DNA from: Oscillospiraceae bacterium
GTDB taxonomy: Bacteria; Bacillota; Clostridia; Oscillospirales; Oscillospiraceae
Assembly (NCBI GenBank): GCA_017452605.1
Contig: JAFTMB010000001.1
Coordinates: 4,110-68,109, forward strand
DNA length: 64,000 nt
Direction of reading: 5' to 3'
Part shown: piece by piece, positions 37,145 to 46,554 of the stretch
How the letters are laid out: every line of letters begins with the position of its first letter
How positions within the stretch are numbered: position 1 is the stretch's first letter
Program-made: the position numbers and the translations under genes
Notes under the pieces: model-generated
Databases searched by the model: none
What the model was told of the DNA's origin: nothing
Seen by the model: the letters and a program-made list of their open reading frames with translations, nothing else

Positions 37145-39052
37145 ATGAAAAACGTAAGCAAAGTTCTAAGCGTTGTTCTGGCATTGGTTATGGTTCTGGG
37201 CCTGGCTGTTACCGCCAGCGCTGCCGGCGGAACCATGTATGCTAAGATCGACACCGCAGAAAACCTGTCCGCAGGCACCTATTTCATGGCTGCTTACCGG
37301 GAGTCCTATGACTCCAACGACTGGTCCGCAAACCCCTATCACCTGTTCACTGGCGTCAACACCGACCTGTACACCACCCCTTATTCCTTCGCTGACGGCG
37401 CTCTGACCATCAAGGCCGGCGAAACCTACGAGGCAGCTACTGTTGAGCTGGTCGCTGTTTCCGGCAAGGCCAACACTTACTATGTAAAGTATGACGGTGA
37501 GTATCTGTATTCCAAGGAATATAACAACCGCAAGCTGGGTACAACCACTACCGCAACTGAATGGGTCGCTTCCAACAATCCCGGCGGCGGCATTAACCTG
37601 ACAACTACCCTTTCCCAAGGCACTGTTACCATGGGTACCGCAGCCGCAGCCAGCAAGATGATTCGTTCCTACAAGAACGCTGGCACTTTGTCTTACGGCC
37701 TGGTCTTCTTCAAGGAGAGCCTCCCCGTTCCCGCTACCGCCATTTCCATTGACGCTACCGCCAATGTTATGACCGGCTTCTCCGCCAATCTGACCGCTGC
37801 CGTGACCCCCGCCGATTCCACCGACTCTGTCAGCTGGACTTCTTCCAACGAAGAAGTTGCCACTGTTAACAACGGCAAGATCGTTGGCCTGAAGGCCGGT
37901 ACCGCTACCATCACCGCCACCGCCGGCAATGTATCCGACACCTGCGTGGTTACCGTTGCTGACAACGCATGGACCATCGTTGATACCTCTGCTACCGGCC
38001 CCGTTAAGCTGGGTCTGGCTCAGTTCGCTGCTGGCAAGATGGGCTATTTCAACGGCGCTACCGACAATGCTGATTACCGCCTGGCTGTCACCGAAGACGC
38101 CGACGATGCTGTTGATATGTATCTGGAAGCTGTCACCGGCGGCTACCACCTGTACTTCCTGGACGCTGCCAATGACAACGCCAAGACTTACATTGAAATT
38201 TATGAGTTTGATAACAACGGAACAATGAAAGGCAGCCTGAAGCTGACCACCGACGCTCCCGCTTCCGTTTATACCTACAACGAAGCCGTCAAGACCCTGG
38301 TGACCACCATTGGCGAAAACAGCTACTACCTGGGCGCTTACGGTACCTTCGCAAACCTCAGCGTCAGCAACACTTCCTACATTCTGGAAGACGACGGCTC
38401 TGCCAAGGATGCTGTGGATGCTTCCCAGTTCCCCGCCCGTCTGTACCAGATGAAGGTTTCCTCCGTTCTCCTGAGCAACTCCACCGCTAACGTGGCTGTG
38501 AACGACACCCTGAACCTGACTGCTACCGTTAACCCCAGCAACGCTTCCAACCCCGCTGTTACCTGGACCTCCAGCGATGCTACCATCGCTTCCGTCAACA
38601 ACGGTGTTGTTACCGCCCACAAGGTTGGTACTGTTACCATCACCGCTACTGCTGACGGCAAGTCCGCTACCTGCGCCGTTACCGTCGTTCCCGAGACCAT
38701 TCCCGCTGAGAAGGTCGAGCTGGACAAGGCCACCGCTGAGCTGGTTGCCGGCAAGGAACTGAACCTGACCGGTATCGTTACCCCCGCCACCTCCACCGAT
38801 AACATCGTTTGGACCTCCTCCGACGAGACCATCGCCAAGGTTGTTGACGGCAAGGTTACCGCTCTGAAGGCCGGTACTGTTACCATCACCGCTACCGCAG
38901 GCGGCAAGTCCGCTTCCTGCACCATCACCATCGCCGCTGCTCCTTCCAAGGTTCCCAACACCGGCGATGTCAGCCTGGTTGCTCCCGTTGCTGCCCTGCT
39001 GGCCTCCGCTATGAGCACCGTCGCTCTGGTTATCAAGAAGAAGGAATTCTAA
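37145..39052 (+). CDS. sortase-anchored surface protein with three Ig-like (Big_2) domains
   Basis: AAGGAGG SD, signal peptide (..ASA), three WTSS..ATV..G.VTA.K.GT.TITATA repeats, VPNTG + TM + KKK tail, TTGAAA-17-TATGCT promoter. Confidence 0.9.
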   Translation: MKNVSKVLSVVLALVMVLGLAVTASAAGGTMYAKIDTAENLSAGTYFMAAYRESYDSNDWSANPYHLFTGVNTDLYTTPYSFADGALTIKAGETYEAATVELVAVSGKANTYYVKYDGEYLYSKEYNNRKLGTTTTATEWVASNNPGGGINLTTTLSQGTVTMGTAAAASKMIRSYKNAGTLSYGLVFFKESLPVPATAISIDATANVMTGFSANLTAAVTPADSTDSVSWTSSNEEVATVNNGKIVGLKAGTATITATAGNVSDTCVVTVADNAWTIVDTSATGPVKLGLAQFAAGKMGYFNGATDNADYRLAVTEDADDAVDMYLEAVTGGYHLYFLDAANDNAKTYIEIYEFDNNGTMKGSLKLTTDAPASVYTYNEAVKTLVTTIGENSYYLGAYGTFANLSVSNTSYILEDDGSAKDAVDASQFPARLYQMKVSSVLLSNSTANVAVNDTLNLTATVNPSNASNPAVTWTSSDATIASVNNGVVTAHKVGTVTITATADGKSATCAVTVVPETIPAEKVELDKATAELVAGKELNLTGIVTPATSTDNIVWTSSDETIAKVVDGKVTALKAGTVTITATAGGKSASCTITIAAAPSKVPNTGDVSLVAPVAALLASAMSTVALVIKKKEF

Positions 39053-39070
39053 TTCCTGAAATCTAAACAT

Positions 39071-39101
39071 AAGGCTGCGCCTTCGGGCGCAGCCTTTTCT
39101 T
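39071..39101 (+). terminator. intrinsic terminator of the surface protein gene
   Basis: AAGGCTGCGCC-TTCG-GGCGCAGCCTTTTCTT. Confidence 0.85.
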
Positions 39102-39273
39102 ATTGTTTATTATGCTCCATCAGAACGCCTCTTCGCCTCAGCTCAGGACGCCCGCCAGGCCCGACTAAGACGCCTGGCTGACCGGAAACATTCCCTCTCT
39201 CAAAAAGCAATCCCCGACGCCCTTGCAGGCGCCGGGGATGTATCATTTATGGGTGGATATTCGGTTTACTTGC

Positions 39274-40800
39274 TTAACTGAATCTGCCGCCTTTTTTCTT
39301 GCTTTTAATGACGCCAACCAGAATATACACTGTAACGCCAACTATCACAATGCCGCCGACGATGATAACCAACATCCAGGGGAAGTTATTCATAATAATC
39401 GTACCGGCAGGAATCAGCTCTGTCTTTTCTGCGCCGCAGACATTACAGGTGTAAAGCCGGGCGCCGTCTTTTCCTTCGCTGGGGCGCAGGGCAACCTTTC
39501 CTTCATCCCATACGTGGGGCTCTACCGTGTTCTTCTCGCCGCATTCACACTCTTTCCAGTGTCCGGTTGCGTCCCATTTCCAGCTGCCCTGGTACTTGTG
39601 CTCGTGGGCTTGTGTGTCATCCTGATAGCCGCAAACTGTGCACATGCCCTCGTCATTGGGCTCGTGGTGCTCCATTTCCAGCTTATTGCCGCAAATCCGG
39701 CATTCGTGCCAGTGGCCCTCGGCGCTGGACAGATAGTTTTCGTAATACATGTGCTCGGTTTCCCGGGTAAATCCGCAGACATCGCAGGTAGTGTCGCAGG
39801 CGTTTTCAAATACGTGCTGGGTGAAGCCTTCCTGAACCTCGCAGCCCTGGCAGGCGTGCCAGTGACCCTCTTCATTGTGGGTCCACTCGGTTGCGTATGC
39901 ATGGGTGTGTCCCAGCGCCGGCTTTATGATATAACCGCAGACGGTGCAGGTCTGGGCGGTTGTTTCCGTGGGAGCCGGGCCGGGCTTGTGAGCCTCTGCG
40001 CTGCCCCAGAATCCGCAAACGGAACATTCATGGGCATGGCAGTTTTTGTCGTTTACCCAACCTGATCTGTAGCTGTGGGTGATTTCCCGGGTCTCGCCGC
40101 AGACATTACAATCGGTGTCGCAGGCATTGACAAAGTTGTGCTTGCCAATGGGAAGGGTTTCTGTTTTGGTGTGACCGCAGCCGGTGCAGGTGTAAACCTT
40201 CTCGCCGGTTTCCAGACAGGTGGCAGGCTTGGTCACCTTGCCGGTGTCAAAGGTATGGTCGACAGTTTCCACCTCCCGGCAGATGCTGCACTGACGGGTG
40301 TGCTGCTTGTCGTCCACCGCCGTCCAGGGGGAGAAGTTGTTGATACACATGACCGTCAGGGAAACTGCCTTTTCCTCTGTTTGACCGTTGATGTTCACCG
40401 TTACCTTGATTTCTGTGGGCACAAACATGGCATCCTCGCGCACCTTCATCCCAAATTCAAAGAATGCGCCGGAAATTGCCTGGGCCTGGGCATAGGCAAA
40501 GCCTGCCTTGTTGTTGGCGTTCAAGCCGCTGAACAAATCGTTTGCCGTTTGGGGAATCAGCCATTTTCCACTGACCAGTTCCAGTGTGGCGCTGTCATAG
40601 GAAATCGCCACGCCGCCGGTTTCCGCGGTAATTGCTCCCACAGACACCACAACCGAGAATTCGTCGGTGCGGTATCCTTTATCCTTGGTCGCCGAGACCG
40701 TTGTGTTCAGCCCGCCTTCGGCCAGGGCTGTTCCTATCAGAGCCGTTGCCATGAGCAGGCACGCCAAAATGCATAATAATTTTCTCATTTGCTTCACCAT
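39274..40800 (-). CDS. membrane-anchored protein: cohesin-like domain, Cys/His-rich repeat stalk, C-terminal TM
   Basis: Signal peptide, FSVVVSV..ISYDSATLELVSG..FEFGMKVREDA cohesin-like pattern, 10 CxxC with flanking His, TM + KSKKK. Start at 40800 or 40788. Confidence 0.8.
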   Translation of the reverse strand: MVKQMRKLLCILACLLMATALIGTALAEGGLNTTVSATKDKGYRTDEFSVVVSVGAITAETGGVAISYDSATLELVSGKWLIPQTANDLFSGLNANNKAGFAYAQAQAISGAFFEFGMKVREDAMFVPTEIKVTVNINGQTEEKAVSLTVMCINNFSPWTAVDDKQHTRQCSICREVETVDHTFDTGKVTKPATCLETGEKVYTCTGCGHTKTETLPIGKHNFVNACDTDCNVCGETREITHSYRSGWVNDKNCHAHECSVCGFWGSAEAHKPGPAPTETTAQTCTVCGYIIKPALGHTHAYATEWTHNEEGHWHACQGCEVQEGFTQHVFENACDTTCDVCGFTRETEHMYYENYLSSAEGHWHECRICGNKLEMEHHEPNDEGMCTVCGYQDDTQAHEHKYQGSWKWDATGHWKECECGEKNTVEPHVWDEGKVALRPSEGKDGARLYTCNVCGAEKTELIPAGTIIMNNFPWMLVIIVGGIVIVGVTVYILVGVIKSKKKGGRFS

Positions 40801-40804
40801 TTCC

Positions 40805-42802
40805 TTAATTGCTGGTAGATGTCAGCGGGTATTCCTCCGCTCCCCACACCAAATGGTACAGCAGATAGAATACATCTTCTTTGTTAATCAGACCGTCATT
40901 GTTGTAATCCGCGGGAATTGTGACTGGGTACTCCTCATTTCCCCACACAATGTGGTACAGCAGATAAAATACATCGTCCTTTGTCAGCGTACCGTTCATG
41001 TCCATGTCGCCGGGAATATAATCGGGAACTGCGGGAATCAGCTCATACTGGGCGGTATATTCCGTGTTGCCGGTGCAAACGGCGATCTCCCGATCCCAGC
41101 CGATAAACAAGTAGGTGCCCTCATCGTCTTCAGGGCGGGCAGGTACGCCGGCAGGAGGCGTAACTTCCTCGCCGTAGGCGTATTGCTGGGAGCTTAGAAT
41201 GCTTCCGTCGTAGTTTTTGAACACCACGGTAGCCTTGATGATTTCCACCTCAAATTCCGTAGAACCGCCGGCGTAGCTGACGGTTATGGTGTTCTTTCCC
41301 AGGGTTGTGTTGTCAAACCCGCTGGTCAGCTCCCGGGCAACGGTTCTTGCGGCGATAGAGCCATCGCTGTAAGTTGCCACCACTACACTGCCGGTGATGC
41401 TCAGCTCTTCGTTCATCTGCACATACTGCACTTTATCCGGCAGCTTCAGCATGCTGACAGACACTAAGCTAGGCCGAAGATCGGAATCGTAAAGGACATA
41501 TTCTTCGCCCTTGTTGTCCATGCAAATCCAGTAGCCGTTGTCCATCTTGCCCCACAGCATACCGTTGTCCAGCTTTTCTTCCACGATGATGATTTTCTCA
41601 CCCTTGTTCAGCTTTCCAACGAGGGTGGTGGTGTTGACCACCGGCTCTGTGCGGTAATTGACGCCGTCTCTTTGCAATGTGGCAGGTCTGGGGAAGGGCT
41701 CTCCCGGCAGGGCGTTGATCACTTCATCGTAATCGGTGTAGTTCAGGCTGAGCCAACCGTCGGTGGTTTTGCCCCAGGTTGTGGAGCCGGAGGTGAATAC
41801 CTCCGTGACGGTCACAACTTCGGGGGCTTCTGTCGTCGCATTGATGGTGCGCACCACGGGATAGAATGTACCCGGGCCGGTGCGGACATTAAGCTTGCTT
41901 GTCACGGTGATTTGCAGGTTGTCCACCAGCTCGCCCTTTTGCAGGGGAACAATCTCTCCCGCCGGGTTTTTCCACTGGGCATAAAGAATTGTTCCCTTTG
42001 CCAAAGAACCGTCCAGATTGGTAACCTGAGTGCCGCCTACGGCATCGGTAAACCAGCCTGCAAATTCATAGACAAACCAGTTTCCGTCGCCATCGACGCC
42101 CACGGGAATTTCCTTAAAATCGGTAACGATTTGCATATTGTCCGCGGCATCGTAGCCATGAATGGCATACTTGGGCATGCCGCCGTTTCCATCCAGGAAA
42201 ATATGCTTGTAGGTGGAAGGATACGCATTTTCCGCCCAGGGGACTTTGTATTCGCCGTTTATGTACATATTGGCCTCTGCCATTCGGCGGGGCGTCAGGA
42301 TGTAGTCGCCGCCGGAGGTGCTCCAAAGGCACAGTCCGTAAATCAGCTCCGAACCCATATCGCCCTTTCGGACAGCGGAGTTTAAGTAACCGTTGGCATC
42401 TCCCGTCCAGCCGCTTCCGCAGTTGTAAGAGAAGGAAACCAGGGCGTCATACTGATGCTGCTCCAGCTTCAGGTTGTGTTTTTTCATGAAATTATTGATA
42501 GGAATTTCATAATTGGGCATTTCCGCGTACAGCAGGTCCATGGCCTCCTGCTCGGTAATGGGATTGTGCAGCCAATAATCCAGCTTGTCCGCAGGACACC
42601 GGGTGCCGTAGCCTACGGTATACTGCTTATTATCCCAGAAGGCATACGCCGCAAAGCCTTCCATCAATTTCAGTATCTCAATAAATTGTTCTGACACCTT
42701 CATATCGGTGGTCTGCTCTGTCGCACGGGCACTGGGAACAGCGGGAAGCAGTGCCACCGTCAGCGCCAGTGCCAAAAGAGCGCAGATCCATCGTTTTTTC
42801 AT
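40805..42802 (-). CDS. secreted GH24 lysozyme with B-repeat-like, two SH3b-like, Ig-like and C-terminal dockerin domains
   Basis: EGFAAYAFWDNKQYTVGYG, QYDALVSFSYNCG, RRMAEA (GH24). FAGWFTDAVGG (B-repeat). LNVRTGPG..GWLS and VNYRTEP..GYWI (SH3b). Duplicated DxDxNG/DxNxDG dockerin loops. Confidence 0.88.
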   Translation of the reverse strand: MKKRWICALLALALTVALLPAVPSARATEQTTDMKVSEQFIEILKLMEGFAAYAFWDNKQYTVGYGTRCPADKLDYWLHNPITEQEAMDLLYAEMPNYEIPINNFMKKHNLKLEQHQYDALVSFSYNCGSGWTGDANGYLNSAVRKGDMGSELIYGLCLWSTSGGDYILTPRRMAEANMYINGEYKVPWAENAYPSTYKHIFLDGNGGMPKYAIHGYDAADNMQIVTDFKEIPVGVDGDGNWFVYEFAGWFTDAVGGTQVTNLDGSLAKGTILYAQWKNPAGEIVPLQKGELVDNLQITVTSKLNVRTGPGTFYPVVRTINATTEAPEVVTVTEVFTSGSTTWGKTTDGWLSLNYTDYDEVINALPGEPFPRPATLQRDGVNYRTEPVVNTTTLVGKLNKGEKIIIVEEKLDNGMLWGKMDNGYWICMDNKGEEYVLYDSDLRPSLVSVSMLKLPDKVQYVQMNEELSITGSVVVATYSDGSIAARTVARELTSGFDNTTLGKNTITVSYAGGSTEFEVEIIKATVVFKNYDGSILSSQQYAYGEEVTPPAGVPARPEDDEGTYLFIGWDREIAVCTGNTEYTAQYELIPAVPDYIPGDMDMNGTLTKDDVFYLLYHIVWGNEEYPVTIPADYNNDGLINKEDVFYLLYHLVWGAEEYPLTSTSN

Positions 42803-43065
42803 AGTCATGCTCCTTCCGGGAAATATCACCTTACATTATAACAGAACCGGCAAAACATTACAAGTAGCTTTTGCAAAATGGTAACAGTTTTGTTTCCGTT
42901 TGTCCGGGAGAAAAGTTTGCAATTGTTAGGCTTTTCCGGAAAAACCAAGGTATTTCGGCAAAAATTGTCCGATATACATAACACAGAAACCTAAAATATT
43001 CCAATTGAAATTATTTGCTTTCTTTCTTCCGGTATGCTACACTGTAAAAAACGGAGAAAGGAGAG

Positions 43066-44136
43066 ATGACATTGACTGCACTCATTGCCATGAGCGGCGG
43101 TGTAGACAGCTCCGTAGCCGCATGGCTGCTTAAGCAGCGCGGCTATGAGATCATGGGCGCTACCATGGAGCTTTACACCGGGCAGGACCGCCCCAATGAG
43201 CCCTGCCACGCCCCGGACACCTGCGATGCCCGGCAGGTGGCGGAAAAACTGAGCATTCCTTTTCATGTGTTTCCCCTTTCTCAGGCGTTCCGGGAAAAGG
43301 TAATGGAGCCCTTTGTCAAATGCTACGAAGCGGGCCTCACCCCCAATCCCTGCATCGAATGTAACCGCCACTTAAAATTTGACGCCTTTTTGCAGGAGGC
43401 GGAGAAATTGGGCTGTGATTTTATCGTCACCGGCCACTACGCCCAAATCCGTAAGGACGCCCAATCCGGTCGTTACCTTTTGTGCAAAGCCGCCCACCGG
43501 GAAAAGGACCAGAGTTACTTTTTGTACTCCCTGACCCAGCGCCAGCTGGCGCATACTCTGTTTCCCTTAGGCGAGCTGACCAAGCAGGAGGTAAGGGAAA
43601 TCGCCCAGGCGCAGGGCTTTCTCAACGCCAAAAAACGGGACAGCCAGGACATCTGCTTTGTCCCCGACGGAGATTTCGGCGCGTTTTTACGCCGCTACAC
43701 CGGAAAATCCTACCCCGGCGGCGATTATCTGGACTTAGCAGGAAACACGGTGGGCAAGCACACCGGCGCGGTTTACTACACCTTAGGCCAGCGCAAGGGA
43801 CTGAATTTAGCTCTGGGTCAGCCGGTGTATGTGTGCAGTAAGGACATGGAAAACAACACCGTCACCGTTGGCCCCAATGAGGCGCTGATGCGCGACACGC
43901 TTTTGGCGGAAAACTGCAACTGGATTTCCATCCCCTCTCTGGACGCGCCCATGAAGGTGCAGGCCAAGGCCCGCTCCCGGATGGACGCCCAGCCTGCAAC
44001 GGTATACCCTGCCGAAAACGGCGGCGTGAAGGTTGTTTTCGACACTCCTCAGCGGGCGCTGACCCCCGGGCAGGCTGTGGTTTTCTACGACGGCGACGTC
44101 GTCGTGGGCGGCGGCACAATCACCGAAATACAATAA
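43066..44136 (+). CDS. mnmA: tRNA-specific 2-thiouridylase
   Basis: AMSGGVDSS, TPNPCIECN, TGHY, KDQSYFL, SQDICF, TPGQ. Confidence 0.97.
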   Translation: MTLTALIAMSGGVDSSVAAWLLKQRGYEIMGATMELYTGQDRPNEPCHAPDTCDARQVAEKLSIPFHVFPLSQAFREKVMEPFVKCYEAGLTPNPCIECNRHLKFDAFLQEAEKLGCDFIVTGHYAQIRKDAQSGRYLLCKAAHREKDQSYFLYSLTQRQLAHTLFPLGELTKQEVREIAQAQGFLNAKKRDSQDICFVPDGDFGAFLRRYTGKSYPGGDYLDLAGNTVGKHTGAVYYTLGQRKGLNLALGQPVYVCSKDMENNTVTVGPNEALMRDTLLAENCNWISIPSLDAPMKVQAKARSRMDAQPATVYPAENGGVKVVFDTPQRALTPGQAVVFYDGDVVVGGGTITEIQ

Positions 44137-44161
44137 AAAACGGCGTGGTTTTCACGCCGTT

Positions 44162-45133
44162 TTATTTTTTGATTTGGAAGCCCGGGAAGTATTCTTCCAC
44201 AAAATCCACCTTGTCTACCTGATAAGTCTTGCCGTCCAAATACGCCAGATCCTCTGCATCGGTGGTAAACCGGAAGCCCAGCTTATAAGAATACAGCGCC
44301 TGATAGTTTCTGTCGAACCGCTTATCCAGCTTGCCGTATTTTCCGTCACCCAGCAGCGGATGCCCGGCATGGGCAAATTGGGCCCGGATTTGGTGAGTTC
44401 TTCCGGTAATCAGCTCACACTCCACCAGGCTCAGGCCGTTGGCGCTGGCAAGCACCTTGTAGTTTGTTTGGCAGGTCTTCGCCCCGGGCTGGGGCTGATC
44501 TGTCACAAACACCTTGTTTTTCTTAGCATCCTTAAACAGATACCCCTTCAGCGAGCCTTCCTTTTGTCTGGGCGTTCCCTCTACGATGGCAAGGTAGCGC
44601 TTGTCCAGCTCCCTGTCCTTGATTTTCTGGTTCATCACCCTAAGCGCCATAGCCGTCTTCGCCGCAACCACAATGCCGCCGGTATTGCGGTCGATGCGGT
44701 TGCACAAGGCGGGGGTAAAGGCATTTTCCAGCCGGGGTACCCATTCTTTTTTCTGGTAAAGGTAGGCCTGAATATGGTCAATGAGGGTTCTTCCGTATTC
44801 CGCGCCGTCGTGGGGATGCACGGCGATGCCCGGCCGCTTGTCCACCAGAAGAATGTGCTCATCTTCGTAAAGAATGTTGATTTTCGGCGTTGCCACCGTG
44901 AGAAAGCCGTTATCCTCCCGGGGCTTGTCGAAAAATTCATCGTTGATATACAGCTGGAGCACATCGCCCTCTTTCAGTCTGGTATCCCGCTGAACCCGGG
45001 CGCCGCCCAGCTTAATGCGCTTGAGCCGGATATATTTCTGGGCCAAAGACGCCGGAAGCAACGGCACAGCCTTGGCCAAGAACCGGTCCAGCCGCTGGCC
45101 GGCATCGTTATGACCTATGGTAAACTCCTTCAT
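44162..45133 (-). CDS. RluA/RluC-family pseudouridine synthase with S4 domain
   Basis: QRLDRFL, NRIDRNTGG, TGRTHQIR, GDGKYG. Confidence 0.93.
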   Translation of the reverse strand: MKEFTIGHNDAGQRLDRFLAKAVPLLPASLAQKYIRLKRIKLGGARVQRDTRLKEGDVLQLYINDEFFDKPREDNGFLTVATPKINILYEDEHILLVDKRPGIAVHPHDGAEYGRTLIDHIQAYLYQKKEWVPRLENAFTPALCNRIDRNTGGIVVAAKTAMALRVMNQKIKDRELDKRYLAIVEGTPRQKEGSLKGYLFKDAKKNKVFVTDQPQPGAKTCQTNYKVLASANGLSLVECELITGRTHQIRAQFAHAGHPLLGDGKYGKLDKRFDRNYQALYSYKLGFRFTTDAEDLAYLDGKTYQVDKVDFVEEYFPGFQIKK

Positions 45134-46077
45134 GTCGTTTTGCCCATGCTCTCCTCAAAATATCGGTTGATCTGCTCGGTAAATTCCTTGGCGGGGTTGT
45201 AGCCCATTTTCCGCTGACGGTTGTTCATAGCCGCCACCTCCAAAATCACCGCCAGGTTACGGCCGGGGGTGACGGGAATGGTGTTCATGGGAATGCTCAC
45301 ACCCAGAATGTCCATATACTGATCGTCAAGGCCCAATCGGTCATAGTTCTCTCCCGTTTTCCAGGGGGTAATCTTCACAACCAGATTGATTTCATTTTCG
45401 GTTTTTACCGCGCCCATACCAAAGAGCTTTGCCACATTGATAATGCCAATGCCCCGAAGCTCCACATAATTGCGCACCAGCTCCGACGCCGTGCCCACCA
45501 GGGTATTTCCGGAAATCTTGCGGATTTCCACTGCATCGTCGGCAATCAGGCGGTGGCCGCGCTTCACAAGCTCCACAGCGGTTTCACTTTTACCGATGCC
45601 GCTTTCGCCAATCAGCAGAACGCCTTCGCCGTAAACCTCCATCAACACGCCGTGCCGGGTAATCCGGGGGGCAAGAGCAGCAGACAGATAGCTGATAACC
45701 GCGGAAATGATGGTGCTGGTGGCCTCACTGGTGCGAAGCAGGGTGACATTGTGCTTTTTCGCCATTTTCAGGCACATTTCGCCCGGCGCAATATTTCGGG
45801 CAATGAGCAAAGCCGGGAATTTATAGGAAAACAGCCGGTCAAAGGTGACAGCCCGGTCTTCTTCGCTGAGCTTGGCAAGGTAGCTCATTTCCACATTGCC
45901 CATCACCTGCAGACGCATAGGCTCAAAGTGGTCAAAATATCCTGCCAGCTGAAGTCCCGGACGGGCCACGTCCGCAACGGTGAGCCGGATCGATTCATAG
46001 TCGGTGGCCGCGTAGGCAACCTCCAGATGAAATTCCTCCACCAAAAGCTTCAGCGGCACGCTGTAATTGTCCACCAT
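45130..46077 (-). CDS. hprK: HPr kinase/phosphorylase
   Basis: RPGLQLAG, GESGIGKSE, LIADD, ELRGIGII, PGRNLA. Confidence 0.97.
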   Translation of the reverse strand: MVDNYSVPLKLLVEEFHLEVAYAATDYESIRLTVADVARPGLQLAGYFDHFEPMRLQVMGNVEMSYLAKLSEEDRAVTFDRLFSYKFPALLIARNIAPGEMCLKMAKKHNVTLLRTSEATSTIISAVISYLSAALAPRITRHGVLMEVYGEGVLLIGESGIGKSETAVELVKRGHRLIADDAVEIRKISGNTLVGTASELVRNYVELRGIGIINVAKLFGMGAVKTENEINLVVKITPWKTGENYDRLGLDDQYMDILGVSIPMNTIPVTPGRNLAVILEVAAMNNRQRKMGYNPAKEFTEQINRYFEESMGKTT

Positions 46078-46265
46078 ATCTGTCACTCCCTCTCAATATT
46101 TACTCACATTATACCTGCCAATGTGGATAATATCAACACAATTTTCAAAAAAGCCAATTTTTCTTAAAAAAACACTTGCATTTTCTCACAAACTCTGGTA
46201 TCATACTTAGGCGACTGCGAAGGCAGTGAATTTTGAGATTATCAAGGAGATAGGAGGTGCAGTGA

Positions 46266-46454
46266 ATGGCTAAGTGTGATTATTGTGGCAAGGGTGTTGC
46301 CTTTGGTATTCAGGTTTCCCACTCCCACAGACGTTCCAACCGTACTTGGAAGCCCAATGTAAAGCGGGTCAAGGCTATGGTCAACGGTACTCCGTGCCAT
46401 GTGTACGCCTGTACCAGATGTCTCCGTTCCAACAAGGTTGAGCGGGCCGTCTGA
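46266..46454 (+). CDS. rpmB: 50S ribosomal protein L28 (zinc-binding type)
   Basis: CDYCGK, VSHSH, WKPNV, CTRCLRS. Promoter TTGCAT-17-TATCAT. Confidence 0.97.
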   Translation: MAKCDYCGKGVAFGIQVSHSHRRSNRTWKPNVKRVKAMVNGTPCHVYACTRCLRSNKVERAV

Positions 46455-46554
46455 TCATCCCTGCAACCAATAACGCCACCTTTTTCAGGTGGCGTTTTTT
46501 GCTGCCCATTTTTAAGAAAAAGGACTGCTGCAAGCCGCAGCAGTCCTTTTCATG

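Noticed and set aside
37166-39070. 634-aa antisense ORF and 219-aa ORF opposite the surface protein gene
   Set aside because: Shadow frames caused by strong codon bias of the real plus-strand gene. No SD and no recognisable motifs.
39330-40360. Possible multiheme cytochrome c from the many CxxC motifs
   Set aside because: None is followed directly by His (CxxCH). The pattern fits metal-binding repeats instead.
42250-42700. GH24 lysozyme as evidence of a prophage
   Set aside because: It has a Sec signal peptide, host-like composition and a dockerin, and there are no holin, structural or integrase genes nearby.
42830-42900. TGTWAH half-sites upstream of the lysozyme gene as a WalR box
   Set aside because: The half-sites are not spaced by the required 5 nt and partly coincide with promoter elements.
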